Positions 29,527 through 40,033 are shown, counted from the stretch's first letter. The stretch is DNA of 64,000 nucleotides from an uncultured Acidobacteriota bacterium (GCA_963809485.1 CAWEJX010000007.1:224001-288000), one strand, 5' to 3'. A program made the numbers and translations. The notes: generated from the sequence alone by a model not told the origin.

Positions 29527-31607
29527 GTGGATGACTCGGTTGGAGCCGTGAATTCCAGAGCCATGTTCTTCAGCTTTTTGACCTGGTCCCGGAGCGCCGC
29601 AGCCTTTTCAAACTCGAATACCTTGGCAGCCTCGCGCATTTCCTTCTCCAGGCGCTTTATCTCAAGCTCCAGTTCTTCGGCGGAGTTGTAATGGGTAGCC
29701 TCTTCCGCAATTTCGGGAAGCTCATAATAGTCGCCCTCGTAGATCCGTATCAGATCCGGGTCGAGGGGCTTGATGATGGACTGAGGGATGATGCCGTTTT
29801 CCTCGTTGTAGCGCTGCTGCGCCGCCCGCCGGCGGTTGGTCTCCTCCATGGCGGATTGCATGGATCCGGTCACCACATCGGCGTACAGGATAGCTTTGCC
29901 GTTGACGTGGCGGGCTGCACGTCCGATGGTTTGTATCAGCGAGGTCGTGGACCTGAGGAATCCTTCCTTGTCGGCATCCAGGATGGCCACGAGCGAGACC
30001 TCAGGCAGATCCAGCCCTTCCCGCAGAAGGTTTATGCCGATCAGGGCATCGAATTCCCCCGCCCGCAGGGCTCTCAGGATCTTGATGCGTTCCAGGGTTT
30101 CCACTTCGGAATGGAGATAGCGCACCCGCAATCCCAGCTCCGTGTAATATTCGGCGAGATCTTCAGCCATGCGCTTGGTCAGGGTCGTGACAAGCACCCG
30201 CTCATTGCATTCCGCCCGGCGGCGTATCTCTTCCATGAGATTGTCGACCTGGCCGGAAACGGGGCGCACCTCGATCTGAGGATCGGTCAAACCGGTCGGC
30301 CGCACAAGTTGCTCTACCACGACACCCGCCGATCTGGTGAGCTCGTATGGACCCGGCGTGGCGGAAACATAAATCACCTGGTTCAGCCGGTTCTCGAATT
30401 CGGCGAAATTTAGCGGCCGGTTATCCATAGCCGAAGGCAGCCGGAAGCCATATTTGACCAAAATCTCCTTCCGGGATCGGTCTCCAAAATACATCCCGCG
30501 CACCTGGGGGATCGTCGCATGGCTCTCGTCCACAAACAGCAGCCAGTCGCGGGGTATGTAGTCGATCAGCGTCGGCGGAGGTTCCCCCGGCTGGCGGCCC
30601 GTCAGGTGGCGCGAATAGTTCTCGATCCCGCGGCAGTAGCCGAGTTCCCGCATCATTTCGAGGTCGAACATAGTGCGCTGGTGAAGCCGGCGCGCTTCCA
30701 GCAGCTTGTTTTCCTGCTCCAGCCTGCCCCGCCATTCCTCCAGCTCTTCCCGGATGCTGTCCATTGCGCTCAGGATCTGCTCCCTGGGCTGGACGTAGTG
30801 GGATTTCGGGTAAATAGGCAGGCGGTCGTGCTTTTTCAGGGTGCGCCCCGTTACCGGGTCGATCTGGGCGATGGACTCGATCTCGTCGCCGAACATCTCG
30901 ATGCGGATGGCATAGTCCTCATAAGATGGAAACACCTCCACGACATCTCCGCGCGCCCGGAAGGAGCCCCTTTCCAGGCCGTAGTCCTGGCGGGAATACT
31001 GCATATCAACCAGGCGGCCCAGGATCGCGTCGCGGCGTATCTTCTGCCCTTTTTCCAGGAAGATCAGCATCCCATAGTACGCTTCCGGCGAGCCGAGCCC
31101 GTAGATGCATGAAACGCTCGCGACGATGATGCAGTCCCGGCGCTCGAAGAGGGAGCGGGTTGCCGAATGGCGCAGCCGGTCGATTTCGTCGTTGATCAGG
31201 GCGTCTTTTTCAATATAGGTGTCCGTGGCGGCGATATAGGCTTCCGGCTGATAGTAGTCGTAGTACGAAACAAAATACTCCACGGCGTTTTCGGGGAAAA
31301 ACGACCTGAACTCCCGGTAAAGCTGTGCGGCGAGCGTCTTGTTGTGGGCAAGGACAAGAGCGGGCCGCTGCAGAGCCTCGATAGTCTTGGCCATGGTGAA
31401 GGTCTTGCCGGATCCCGTAACTCCAAGCAGCACCTGGTGTTTGGCCCCATCCCGGACTCCCTGGACCAGCTGTTCGATGGCCTCGGCCTGGTTGCCGCGA
31501 AGCTCGAAGGGATTGTTGATGTGAAACTGGGACGAATGAATGAGAGCCCTTCCATAGGAGATGTCGGAGTAGGTAAGGTCTTTGTCTGGGGCAGGTTTCC
31601 TTGGCAT
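29523..31607 (-). CDS. uvrB: Excinuclease ABC subunit B
   Basis: [36 protein letters not shown]-terminal UVR domain. Start uncertain. Confidence 0.96.
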   Translation of the reverse strand: MPRKPAPDKDLTYSDISYGRALIHSSQFHINNPFELRGNQAEAIEQLVQGVRDGAKHQVLLGVTGSGKTFTMAKTIEALQRPALVLAHNKTLAAQLYREFRSFFPENAVEYFVSYYDYYQPEAYIAATDTYIEKDALINDEIDRLRHSATRSLFERRDCIIVASVSCIYGLGSPEAYYGMLIFLEKGQKIRRDAILGRLVDMQYSRQDYGLERGSFRARGDVVEVFPSYEDYAIRIEMFGDEIESIAQIDPVTGRTLKKHDRLPIYPKSHYVQPREQILSAMDSIREELEEWRGRLEQENKLLEARRLHQRTMFDLEMMRELGYCRGIENYSRHLTGRQPGEPPPTLIDYIPRDWLLFVDESHATIPQVRGMYFGDRSRKEILVKYGFRLPSAMDNRPLNFAEFENRLNQVIYVSATPGPYELTRSAGVVVEQLVRPTGLTDPQIEVRPVSGQVDNLMEEIRRRAECNERVLVTTLTKRMAEDLAEYYTELGLRVRYLHSEVETLERIKILRALRAGEFDALIGINLLREGLDLPEVSLVAILDADKEGFLRSTTSLIQTIGRAARHVNGKAILYADVVTGSMQSAMEETNRRRAAQQRYNEENGIIPQSIIKPLDPDLIRIYEGDYYELPEIAEEATHYNSAEELELEIKRLEKEMREAAKVFEFEKAAALRDQVKKLKNMALEFTAPTESST

Positions 31608-31888
31608 TTGGCTGTTTCGAAAATAATTATTATACCTCTTCCTTCGGGTCTTTGAGTCTTCGAGGTATATTTAGTGGCTCAAGCTTTTACAGGAGACAGG
31701 AATTTACAGGAAAAAAGAGCCGGAAGCCGGGAGTCGGAAGCTGTTTTACGGTCAGGTGCATATATCAGCCGGCCCTGTGGGGGTTTTGGCTGCCGGACAA
31801 ACATCCCTGCACTCAGGCTTCCGGGTTGCGCGGCTTACGAGCAGATGAGGCCGCCGCACGATGCGCGACGAAAAGAGGATATAGGGGA

Positions 31889-33688
31889 TTGAGTGACAAA
31901 AACCATATAAGGAATTTTTCCATCATCGCGCATATCGACCACGGCAAATCGACCCTGGCGGATCGCCTGCTGGAACGGACCGGCGCGCTTACCAAGCGTG
32001 AGATGTCGGACCAGGTTCTGGATGCCATGGATCTGGAGCGGGAGCGCGGCATCACCATTAAAGCGCACTCCGTCCGTCTGAATTACTGTGCCGCAAACGG
32101 CGAGGACTATATCCTCAACCTGATCGACACGCCGGGGCACGTAGATTTCTCCTATGAAGTCTCCCGGAGCCTTTCAGCCTGCGAGGGCGCACTGCTCGTC
32201 GTGGACGCTTCCCAGGGCGTCGAGGCTCAGACCCTCGCCAACACCTACCTGGCCCTGGATCACCACCTCGAGATCGTGCCCGTCATCAACAAAATCGATT
32301 TGCCGGGCGCGGAAATCCCGCGCATCAGGGACCAGATAGAAAATATCATCGGGCTGGACGCCAAGGACGCCATTCTTGCCAGCGCCAAGGAGGGAATCGG
32401 CACCGAAGAAATCCTTGAGGCGATCGTGCACCGGCTGCCTCCGCCGCAGGGTGAGTATGACCGGCCGCTGAAGGCTTTGATTTTCGACTCCTGGTTCGAT
32501 TCCTATCGGGGAGTGATCGTGCAGGTGCGCGTCATCGACGGCACGCTGCGCAAGGGGCAGAAGATCCGGATGGTCGCAACCGCCCAGGTCTTCACCGTCG
32601 AGCAGGTGGGCGTCCTCACCCCCAAGCTCCTGGAGGTGGAGGAGCTGTCGGTGGGGGAGGTGGGTTATGTGATCGCCAACATCAAGCGTGTCGCCGACAC
32701 ACGCATCGGGGACACCGTCACGGAGGACGCCCGGCCGACGCCCGAGCCTTTCCCCGGATTCCAGGAAGTGAAGCCCATGGTTTTTGCGGGGCTCTACCCG
32801 ACCGACAATGCTTACTATGAGGCTCTCCGCGACGCTCTCTCGAAGCTGCAGCTGAATGATTCGGCCTTTTATTATGAACCGGACACATCGGGCGCCCTGG
32901 GATTCGGATTCCGCTGCGGCTTTCTCGGACTGCTGCACATGGAGATCGTGCAGGAACGCCTGGAGCGCGAATTCAACCTTTCATTGATCACTACGGCTCC
33001 GGGGGTGCGGTACCGTATTACGACGCACAAAGGCGAAACGTTTGAAATTCACAATCCCTCGAAGCTTCCGGAAGCAGGCGAGATCGCCAAATTCGAAGAG
33101 CCGATGATCAAGGCCATGATTCTCACCAACGACGAGTACGTCGGACCGATTCTCAAACTGGCCGAGGAAAAACGCGGAGTGCAGAAGGGCTTCGAATACA
33201 TCACGAAGAACCGGGTCCTGATCACCTACGAGCTCCCGCTGAACGAGATCGTCCTGGATTTTTACGACCGGATGAAATCGGCATCCAGAGGCTATGCCTC
33301 TCTGGACTACCATTTTTGCGGATACCAGGAATCCCGTCTGGTCCGGCTGGATATCCTGGTGTCCGGAGAGCCGGTGGATGCGCTCTCCCTGATTGTTCAT
33401 CAGGACACGTCCGTGGTTCGGGGGAGAGCCCTGGCAGCAAAAATGAAGGAGCTGATTCCCCGGCAAATGTTCGAGGTTGTCATACAGGCTGCCATCGGCA
33501 ACAAAATCCTGGCGCGTGAAGTGGTCCGGCCCATGCGGAAGAACGTGCTGGCAAAGTGCTACGGGGGCGACATCACGAGAAAAAGAAAGCTGCTGGAAAA
33601 ACAAAAGGAAGGCAAAAAGCGGATGAAGCGTCTGGGCAAGGTCGAAATTCCGCAGGAAGCGTTCCTGGCAATCCTAAAAGTGGAGTGA
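31889..33688 (+). CDS. lepA: Translation elongation factor 4
   Basis: [45 protein letters not shown]; TTG start at 31889. Confidence 0.97.
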   Translation: MSDKNHIRNFSIIAHIDHGKSTLADRLLERTGALTKREMSDQVLDAMDLERERGITIKAHSVRLNYCAANGEDYILNLIDTPGHVDFSYEVSRSLSACEGALLVVDASQGVEAQTLANTYLALDHHLEIVPVINKIDLPGAEIPRIRDQIENIIGLDAKDAILASAKEGIGTEEILEAIVHRLPPPQGEYDRPLKALIFDSWFDSYRGVIVQVRVIDGTLRKGQKIRMVATAQVFTVEQVGVLTPKLLEVEELSVGEVGYVIANIKRVADTRIGDTVTEDARPTPEPFPGFQEVKPMVFAGLYPTDNAYYEALRDALSKLQLNDSAFYYEPDTSGALGFGFRCGFLGLLHMEIVQERLEREFNLSLITTAPGVRYRITTHKGETFEIHNPSKLPEAGEIAKFEEPMIKAMILTNDEYVGPILKLAEEKRGVQKGFEYITKNRVLITYELPLNEIVLDFYDRMKSASRGYASLDYHFCGYQESRLVRLDILVSGEPVDALSLIVHQDTSVVRGRALAAKMKELIPRQMFEVVIQAAIGNKILAREVVRPMRKNVLAKCYGGDITRKRKLLEKQKEGKKRMKRLGKVEIPQEAFLAILKVE

Positions 33689-33833
33689 AGTCTAGCCGAG
33701 GAAAAGAAGCCGGGAAAAAAGGAATCATGAAGTCTGTACTTCAGTTTTAAACTGGGAACTCTGAACTGGAAACTGAATTTCTTGAACCATTCAGATATAC
33801 AATTTCCCAGGTAATTGACCGGCCAATCGCTGC

Positions 33834-34982
33834 CTATTTTTCTTCTCCAGCCGATCCTGAAGGGTGGAGTTTTTTCAGTTTGCTTGACACCTTGGCAAGC
33901 CGATTGATGAGGCGCTGCATTGTAAGCTGTTGTTTTGAAGCGTTGAGGCCTCGCCGATTCATTTCGAGGAAGTGCATCGCATCGGCAATGCACTGGAGAG
34001 CACGGATATGAGGGTGTACGGATTGGTTACGGGGATTGCTGCGTTGCGGCAGCTGGTAGAGGTTGGCCAGGTTGGCTCGGGCCGAACTATATTCGCGTTG
34101 TAGATCTACCTGACTCACCTCTACATAACGCATTGTCATTTCGATTTTTGTATGTCCGAGGAGTGTTTTGACTGCAGGCAGGCTGGCGCCGCCGCGGAGC
34201 ATCTCGGTCGCAAAAGTATGTCTCATTTGATGCGTCGTGATTCGGGACGCACTGCAGTTTGCTTTTCGGGCCGCTTTCCTGATCATCGCGACCATTTGGC
34301 TATACGAAGGACGGGAGCCATCTTCGCGCATTAGCAAGAAGGTGGATAATTTTCTGGCCTTAGCCGGGGCTCGATTGCGCAAATCATCGAGGTGTTCAAT
34401 AAGACTACGGCTATGGGCGTCCAAGGGAACCAATCTTTCCGTATGCATCTTGCCGAGAGGGACGCGGATTGCCCACTGTTGATCGCCCAGATCCCGGAAG
34501 CAATCGACTGCGAGATTCAAACATTCACCAACGCGCATACCGGTGGCACGCATGAGAAGCAGCGCAGTTGCTTCAACGGTGCCTTTTTTGCGGAGTTCTT
34601 CGCAAATGAGGCGATCATCTTCGGGCGAGAGGGGCCGGGGAAGGTACTTGTCCAGGTGTGGGAAGTCTCGGCGAACGATGAGGTTTTCTCTTATTCGGTC
34701 TATTCCTTCATCGGCAAGGTCGCGAAGGCACTTGCGTAGCTCATAGAGTTGGTGGAGACGGGTGCAGGTTCGGGAGCTGGCCAAAGTTGAGATCCATCCG
34801 AGGATATGCGGATCCCGCCTGAGTTGGGAGAGCTTATGAATCTCGGGGTGGTTTTGTTTGAGGAAGCGCATGAAGCCATTCAAAGTGCTTCGATACCGAT
34901 ACATCGTGTTTGGCCTGTGAACAATAGCAAGACTCTGAAGATAGGAATCGAAGATCTGTTGAATAGTGCGCGGTTTACTCAT
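33834..34982 (-). CDS. Tyrosine recombinase/integrase (second of pair) with C-terminal extension
   Basis: GMRVGE (R), GK, HQMRH, LLGH, TMRY; ATG 34982 overlaps the upstream integrase end. Confidence 0.9.
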   Translation of the reverse strand: MSKPRTIQQIFDSYLQSLAIVHRPNTMYRYRSTLNGFMRFLKQNHPEIHKLSQLRRDPHILGWISTLASSRTCTRLHQLYELRKCLRDLADEGIDRIRENLIVRRDFPHLDKYLPRPLSPEDDRLICEELRKKGTVEATALLLMRATGMRVGECLNLAVDCFRDLGDQQWAIRVPLGKMHTERLVPLDAHSRSLIEHLDDLRNRAPAKARKLSTFLLMREDGSRPSYSQMVAMIRKAARKANCSASRITTHQMRHTFATEMLRGGASLPAVKTLLGHTKIEMTMRYVEVSQVDLQREYSSARANLANLYQLPQRSNPRNQSVHPHIRALQCIADAMHFLEMNRRGLNASKQQLTMQRLINRLAKVSSKLKKLHPSGSAGEEK

Positions 34983-36033
34983 CGAAGGAAGCACTCCGGA
35001 GTTGGGCCAACGCTTGCGATCGCTTTTCGACGGCGCGGTGATATTCCCGCCAGACATCCTGGGGAGACAATTCCACGTAGAGCATGGTCGTGTGAATCTG
35101 AGAATGACCCATGAGTCGCATCAGTGCGGGTACTGAAACGCCGGCACGGATCATGTCGGCACCGAAGGTGTGGCGGAACCGATGCGGGTGGGCGTTGATC
35201 GTTTGAGTCGCACGTCGATGGTGACGAAACAACGAACGCAGGCCGGCGGATGTCATCGGTTGGCCGCGCCGCCATCCCTTGAGAGAAAGAAACAGGAGGG
35301 GCGACCCGAAAGCAGGCCGTTCGAATTCGAGATAACGCCTAAGAACCCGAATGATCGCATCTGCCAATGGCAGAACCCGCTGTCTGTTTCCTTTGCCACG
35401 AACAAAGATCTGAGTCTCGGAAAGCCGCAAATCTTCGAGCCGGAGTTGGATCGTTTCATGGGAACGCAGGCCGTTAAAAAGCATCAATCCCACGAGACTG
35501 AGGTCACGGAAGGTGCGAAAGCTGGACCAGAAACGTGAAACTTCATCAGGCTGGAGGGGGATGACGACTTTTCGAGGTTGTCGTAACCGCAGTCCCGCGA
35601 TTGCGGTGCTGGGTTTTCCTATGCCCATTGGACTTCGTCTCTTGTATCGGGTTTGCACACTGGCGCGAGTTCTGGGGACTTCCTTCTGGTAGTAGAATCG
35701 GTACAGGGATCGGACAACCACCAAACGATGATTGACCGTAGGCGGCGACGGCTTGGGTTCGTTTTCAAGTTGGTATCGAACGTAATCGAGCAGACGAAGC
35801 TCGTTGAGAGTGGATAGACTCGGCCAGCGAGAACCGTGTAACCACCAACGGACGAAGTTCAACAGATCGAACCCATACGAGCGCAAGGAACGGACGGAAA
35901 GGTTGCGCAGGTACTGGGCATCCAGAAAATCATTGATGAAACGGACCGGCTGGTCCTTAGAATCCAAGAGTTGATAGGGAGACATGCCCGCAGGGCCGGA
36001 TGGGTAACGAATGAGATGAAAAGGCGGGGTCAT
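34975..36033 (-). CDS. Tyrosine recombinase/integrase (first of pair)
   Basis: GLRSHE (R), GKG, HRFRH, LMGH, TMLY; ATGA overlap with the primase stop. Confidence 0.9.
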   Translation of the reverse strand: MTPPFHLIRYPSGPAGMSPYQLLDSKDQPVRFINDFLDAQYLRNLSVRSLRSYGFDLLNFVRWWLHGSRWPSLSTLNELRLLDYVRYQLENEPKPSPPTVNHRLVVVRSLYRFYYQKEVPRTRASVQTRYKRRSPMGIGKPSTAIAGLRLRQPRKVVIPLQPDEVSRFWSSFRTFRDLSLVGLMLFNGLRSHETIQLRLEDLRLSETQIFVRGKGNRQRVLPLADAIIRVLRRYLEFERPAFGSPLLFLSLKGWRRGQPMTSAGLRSLFRHHRRATQTINAHPHRFRHTFGADMIRAGVSVPALMRLMGHSQIHTTMLYVELSPQDVWREYHRAVEKRSQALAQLRSASFDE

Positions 36034-37037
36034 ACACATTGTGCTTCCTCCAGACATCTTGTGAAATCAGCAGCGGTGGCTCCGGAAACAAAGAAACTAT
36101 TGGGATCATGGTTTTCCGGAAGCGGTACGATCTTCGATTGCAGACCGGCCTCCCGGAGTTGCCGTGCCAGTTTCAAAGCAGCGCGTTGACCGGCAGCATT
36201 CGTATCCGAGTCAAAAGCAATGAAGATCTGTCTATTGAGATCGTCGCATAGTTGGGCAAACTGCTTGCCTGTCAGGTGGCAGCCGAGAGCGCTGGTTGTA
36301 TTGCGAAAGCCAGCCTGCCAGAGAACCGCAAGATCGAAAAGGCCTTCCACCAGGATAACGTTGGGAGCATTGTGAATCGACTCCCATGCGACCAGGCCGA
36401 TCCTAACACGAGGCAGAAATCGATGTGGCGGCGGGGGACCGATGCTGCGTCCGTACAGATTGACGATGCGGTTCTGATCGAGACAAGGAAAGACGATGCG
36501 GTGAAAGAAGGTGTCATGCCCCTTTTGATTTATCAATCCAAGATTCACGAGCCGGTCGTAATTGTGGCCGCATACCGATAACAGGTGCCCACGCAAACTG
36601 CCGCCTGGCGCATAGCCCAATCGAAGGTGACGTAATATCTCTGGATCCCGCAATCCGCGTTGGTGAAGATAGTTCATCGCTTCCTGGTGGTGCTGCAACT
36701 GATACTGGTAAAAAGCGACCGTATCGCGGAGGAGGTCGTCATCACCCCTGAGCTTGTCCCATTCTCCGGCCAGCCGTGCGACGCTATCGCGGAAAGAAAG
36801 GTTGAAGTAGACCTGGACGAAGCGAATCAAGTCGCCGCCATAGCCACAGCCATGGCAGTGAAAAAGATTTTTCTCGGCGTTGACATAGAACGACGGCTGG
36901 GTCTCGGAGTGCAGCGGGCACAATCCAACATATTCGTTCCCTGAACCCACAGGACGGCCAGTCCAATTGAGGCGTTTGAGATAATCCAACAGTGGAAGAT
37001 CGCGCTTAAGTTTTTCCACTTCCTTGCAGTTTGCCAT
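36030..37037 (-). CDS. DnaG-like primase (CHC2 zinc finger + TOPRIM), lacking the C-terminal helicase-binding domain
   Basis: GLCPLH..PSF...FHCHGC, VEGLFD, FDSD; GGAGG before ATG 37037. Confidence 0.88.
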   Translation of the reverse strand: MANCKEVEKLKRDLPLLDYLKRLNWTGRPVGSGNEYVGLCPLHSETQPSFYVNAEKNLFHCHGCGYGGDLIRFVQVYFNLSFRDSVARLAGEWDKLRGDDDLLRDTVAFYQYQLQHHQEAMNYLHQRGLRDPEILRHLRLGYAPGGSLRGHLLSVCGHNYDRLVNLGLINQKGHDTFFHRIVFPCLDQNRIVNLYGRSIGPPPPHRFLPRVRIGLVAWESIHNAPNVILVEGLFDLAVLWQAGFRNTTSALGCHLTGKQFAQLCDDLNRQIFIAFDSDTNAAGQRAALKLARQLREAGLQSKIVPLPENHDPNSFFVSGATAADFTRCLEEAQCV

Positions 37038-37420
37038 CAGAGCCTCCGGACGGGAACGCCTGTTCGGCCGCAAATGATGCAGGCGATACGTTCGAGAGGG
37101 TTTGCTCTCGCAGATCCGACGTTCCCTGACTTTGATGGATCGATCCTGACATTACTGTCTTGGCTTCTGGAACCCTGATACGTCACGCTTTTTTTATTGG
37201 ACTGGCGCAGACGATAGTTGCGCTGGTGGTCTCGATGGTCGAGTTTGCCTAAGGGACTTTGCCGGTAGCGTCTATTCGCTTCGCGCAGTTGGTGCCGGCG
37301 GGCGCGGTCCCGACATGCCTGACTGCAGTAGTGCTGTCCGCGATCGCAGTGACTGCAGATATGGAATATCTTGCCGCACCCCGCGGCATGGCAAGATCGT
37401 TGCCGGAGGATGAGTTCCAG
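37037..37420 (-). CDS. Cys-rich, basic putative Zn-finger protein (not in ORF track; CTG start or a 1-nt error near 37421)
   Basis: Open frame LELILRQRSCHAAGCGKIFHICSHCDRGQHYCSQACRDRARRHQLREANRRYRQS...CIICGR; its TGA overlaps the primase ATG (TGATG). Confidence 0.72.
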   Translation of the reverse strand: MELILRQRSCHAAGCGKIFHICSHCDRGQHYCSQACRDRARRHQLREANRRYRQSPLGKLDHRDHQRNYRLRQSNKKSVTYQGSRSQDSNVRIDPSKSGNVGSARANPLERIACIICGRTGVPVRRL

Positions 37421-37494
37421 GGGCCAATCGTCCTTTCCCGAAGGCGGGACTCGACAACGGCCCCCATGTCATGGCACGCTAAAGACGACTTTGG

Positions 37495-37562
37495 TTCTGG
37501 GAGCTTTAACCGGGCTCTTGGAATTTAGCCTCGATCGTTACAGCGGTCGGGGCTTTCTTTTT
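37495..37562 (+). ncRNA. Candidate structured antisense RNA in the element leader
   Basis: Two adjacent 12-bp stems that need G-U pairs and so fold on the + strand only (37495-37523 and 37527-37554), followed by ttcttttt. Confidence 0.55.
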
Positions 37563-37881
37563 CCGCCTTTCACGCCGCCACGATATCACCACCAGGGCTC
37601 AAGAAATCTATTGCAGTTACCCAGAAGCAAAGAACACGGCTGAATAAAAGAGAAACCAGCTGAAAGAAAAAATAGGCAGCCACTCCTGGGCTGGTTTAGA
37701 AAAAACGACATTTTGGCCGGTTAATAGGTAAGTATCTTTTACATGGTTTTTGATATTGTTATACCCTATACCGATGTCTGAACGCCGTTGGAGGCATTCG
37801 GGCGTGGCAGCTCAAATAAGATATAAGGACGGTCCTTCATCCGGCCGATCAGAAGGGCATTCCATGGGGGAACCAAGGCAT

Positions 37882-38268
37882 ATGCGACCTAAATACCTCA
37901 TCCTGCGGGATTGCCAGGGCAAAGGGCTCTTTGGCTGTCTGTTGTCGCTTGTCCTGATGGGAGTGGCGATCTTCCTGGCTATCAAGCTCGGCCCCATGTA
38001 TTACGCGAACTACAACCTGGAAGCCGACGTCGAAACCGAAGCAAGCCGCGCAGGAGCCCGTTTCCTCGACAATGACACGATCATCAACGACATCCTGGTC
38101 ATGGCGAAAAAAAACGAAATTAGGCTCACGAAGGAAAACGTCACCGTGGAGCGTTTTGCCGGCCAGATCCACATCGAGATACGCTATGCCGTTCCGGCCG
38201 ATTTCTTGTTCTTCAAGCGGGACATGAATTTTGAAATATCGGCTTCGAGCTTCATCGGCACATTGTGA
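37882..38268 (+). CDS. Small membrane protein, DUF4845-like
   Basis: Pilin-like hydrophobic N-terminus QGKGLFGCLL...KLGPMYY; located after lepA as DUF4845 genes often are. Confidence 0.6.
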   Translation: MRPKYLILRDCQGKGLFGCLLSLVLMGVAIFLAIKLGPMYYANYNLEADVETEASRAGARFLDNDTIINDILVMAKKNEIRLTKENVTVERFAGQIHIEIRYAVPADFLFFKRDMNFEISASSFIGTL

Positions 38269-38480
38269 CGCTTCAGCCTCCCCGGCCATCGCCCGATTCT
38301 TGATACATACTTAAGCAACCGCGTATCCAAGGAATTTACGAAAAGCTCTTACGAACCGCAGAATGTCGAATAATGAATGATGAATTTCGAAGTCCGGCCC
38401 AAACTTCTGCGGTTCGACATTCGTCATTCGATATTCGTATTTGCTGCCTCGCCGGCAGAACCGGGGGATAGCCCTGCATA

Positions 38481-39156
38481 TTAGGTAGCATACACAACCT
38501 CAAGACCCATCATGTCGGCCAGCTCCTGCATCTCCCGGGTATAATCCCCGTATACCATGGATAGATGGCTTCCAAAATCGCTCAGCTTACGCAAGCATTC
38601 CCGGGCATCAGGAACTTTTAAATGGGCTGCCAGCGAACAACCGATCAGGGTGCCTTTGTTGAAGCCGGTGCAGCCAATAACTTCGCCCTTTGCGAGATAC
38701 ATCTTTGTCCGGCTCCAGCCTGGCCAGCCGTTCCGGATGAATCCAGAAGTCTTCGGAATACTCCAGGAGCACCGGGTCCAGCAACTGCATATCCGGGCCC
38801 AGGTTTTCTCTGAGTTCTTTTGCAAATTCCTTCACACCGGTTTCCGCGTCGGCCCTCTCCTGCTCCGGTGTCCTGCCGTATGCCAGGCTCCACCATGCCG
38901 CCACGTCGATCATGTTTTCAGTCTTAGCCGACTTCGGCCTTTCTCCGACTGAAGGCCGGCACGGCCCTAAACAAACATCGGTATGGATGATGGGAGAATA
39001 GACCGGTTTGACGGCAAGTTTGATATCCAGAGGACGGTCTATCGGTCCTTTGGCAAATTCAGTCCGCTGCGGAGGATCCTTCGCATTCGCAGAATTTGAA
39101 AGCACCAGGGATCCTGCAGCAACGCCGACGCTTCCCAGAAAATCCCGTCTTTTCAT
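38481..39156 (-). pseudogene. Tat-exported L-fucose/L-arabinose isomerase-like protein, internally deleted and out of frame
   Basis: The N-terminal frame (MKRRDFL...) and a C-terminal frame (GC...V.DAR...FGSHLSMVYGDY...L...MGLEV) meet near 38700. Confidence 0.6.
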
Positions 39157-39218
39157 GATTCATTCTCCAAGTGAGGTTTGGAAAAGCTGATCGTAAATTC
39201 TCGTGCCAATGAGTCCTG

Positions 39219-39995
39219 CTACTGCTTGACGGCGGTATACGTGGTGGTGGCGCCTTGCACCTTGTTCTCCCTCCTGATAGACATGGTCTTCCCGTCAGCG
39301 GACACTGTATCGTGAATCACGCTCACAATCTTCCCGTCCTGTTTAATGGTTGAAACGATCGAGCGGTCGTCTGCCTTTGTCAGCGAGACCGTAATGCCGG
39401 GAGGAACCCCTTTGATCGGATAGTCCTTGCCGTCAAATTTTACATCGAACAATTCGCCGGTGGAATCCGAGTACATCAAGCCATCGCCTGTGCTTTTAAA
39501 CGTGAATGTCAGTGCGTTTTCTGAAGCCTCAACCTTCTGTATGCGCCAGGAGCCTGAGGCAGCATGCGATCCCGATGGACCGGCGGCGACGCGGATATAA
39601 CTTTCCTTCGCCGTAATCGGCTGCTTGCTTGCAAGAGGGTACTCGGTGTACTCAAGCGTGGTGGTTTTGCCGTCTGGAGAAACGGCGCTCCTGGACGACT
39701 CGACAACTCTCCCATCCTTTTTGCCAACGGTCTCCACTATTCTGTCGTTTACGACCTTGACAGCCAACGTGTCGAGGTCTTTGGATCCGGGCACAGCCTG
39801 GTCTGTGCCGTCAGCTTTGACGTTGATCTTCGGCACCGCGCTGGGGATTTGAAACCTTCCGTCCTGCAGCACGATAACCGTAGGCTTGTCCGGGAATTTG
39901 GCCGTGTTCAGGTCAACCCTCCAGGTGCCGTCAAACGGACTTTGTGCTGCCCAGGCGAAGACCGGCAGCAGCATTGAAAGCCATAATCTCTTCAT
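39219..39995 (-). CDS. Secreted protein with duplicated beta-barrel (lipocalin-like) domain
   Basis: Signal peptide; two repeats G.W...DG.D...KDG..V.....VS.DGKT. Confidence 0.75.
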   Translation of the reverse strand: MKRLWLSMLLPVFAWAAQSPFDGTWRVDLNTAKFPDKPTVIVLQDGRFQIPSAVPKINVKADGTDQAVPGSKDLDTLAVKVVNDRIVETVGKKDGRVVESSRSAVSPDGKTTTLEYTEYPLASKQPITAKESYIRVAAGPSGSHAASGSWRIQKVEASENALTFTFKSTGDGLMYSDSTGELFDVKFDGKDYPIKGVPPGITVSLTKADDRSIVSTIKQDGKIVSVIHDTVSADGKTMSIRRENKVQGATTTYTAVKQ

Positions 39996-40033
39996 TTTCT
40001 TTCCCCTTTCTGAGTGAAATGTGTTTTTTGAGA

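Larger units (their letters stand above)
33809..37731 (-). mobile_element. ~3.9 kb element: Zn-finger ORF, CHC2/TOPRIM primase, two tyrosine recombinases
   Basis: AGGTAA direct repeat at 33809-33814 and 37726-37731; terminal IRs attgaccggccaa (33814-33826) and ttggccggttaat (37713-37725); inner IRs at 33829-33851 and 37659-37680; four translationally coupled ORFs. Confidence 0.85.

Noticed and set aside
33689-33814. tRNA/tmRNA integration site for the integrase element
   Set aside because: No cloverleaf or T-loop/CCA signature at either border; the target appears to be plain intergenic DNA.
37259-37528. 89-aa plus-strand ORF ending at the leader terminator
   Set aside because: Mostly antisense to the Cys-rich frame, which has far better protein features; no clear RBS. 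Not fully excluded.
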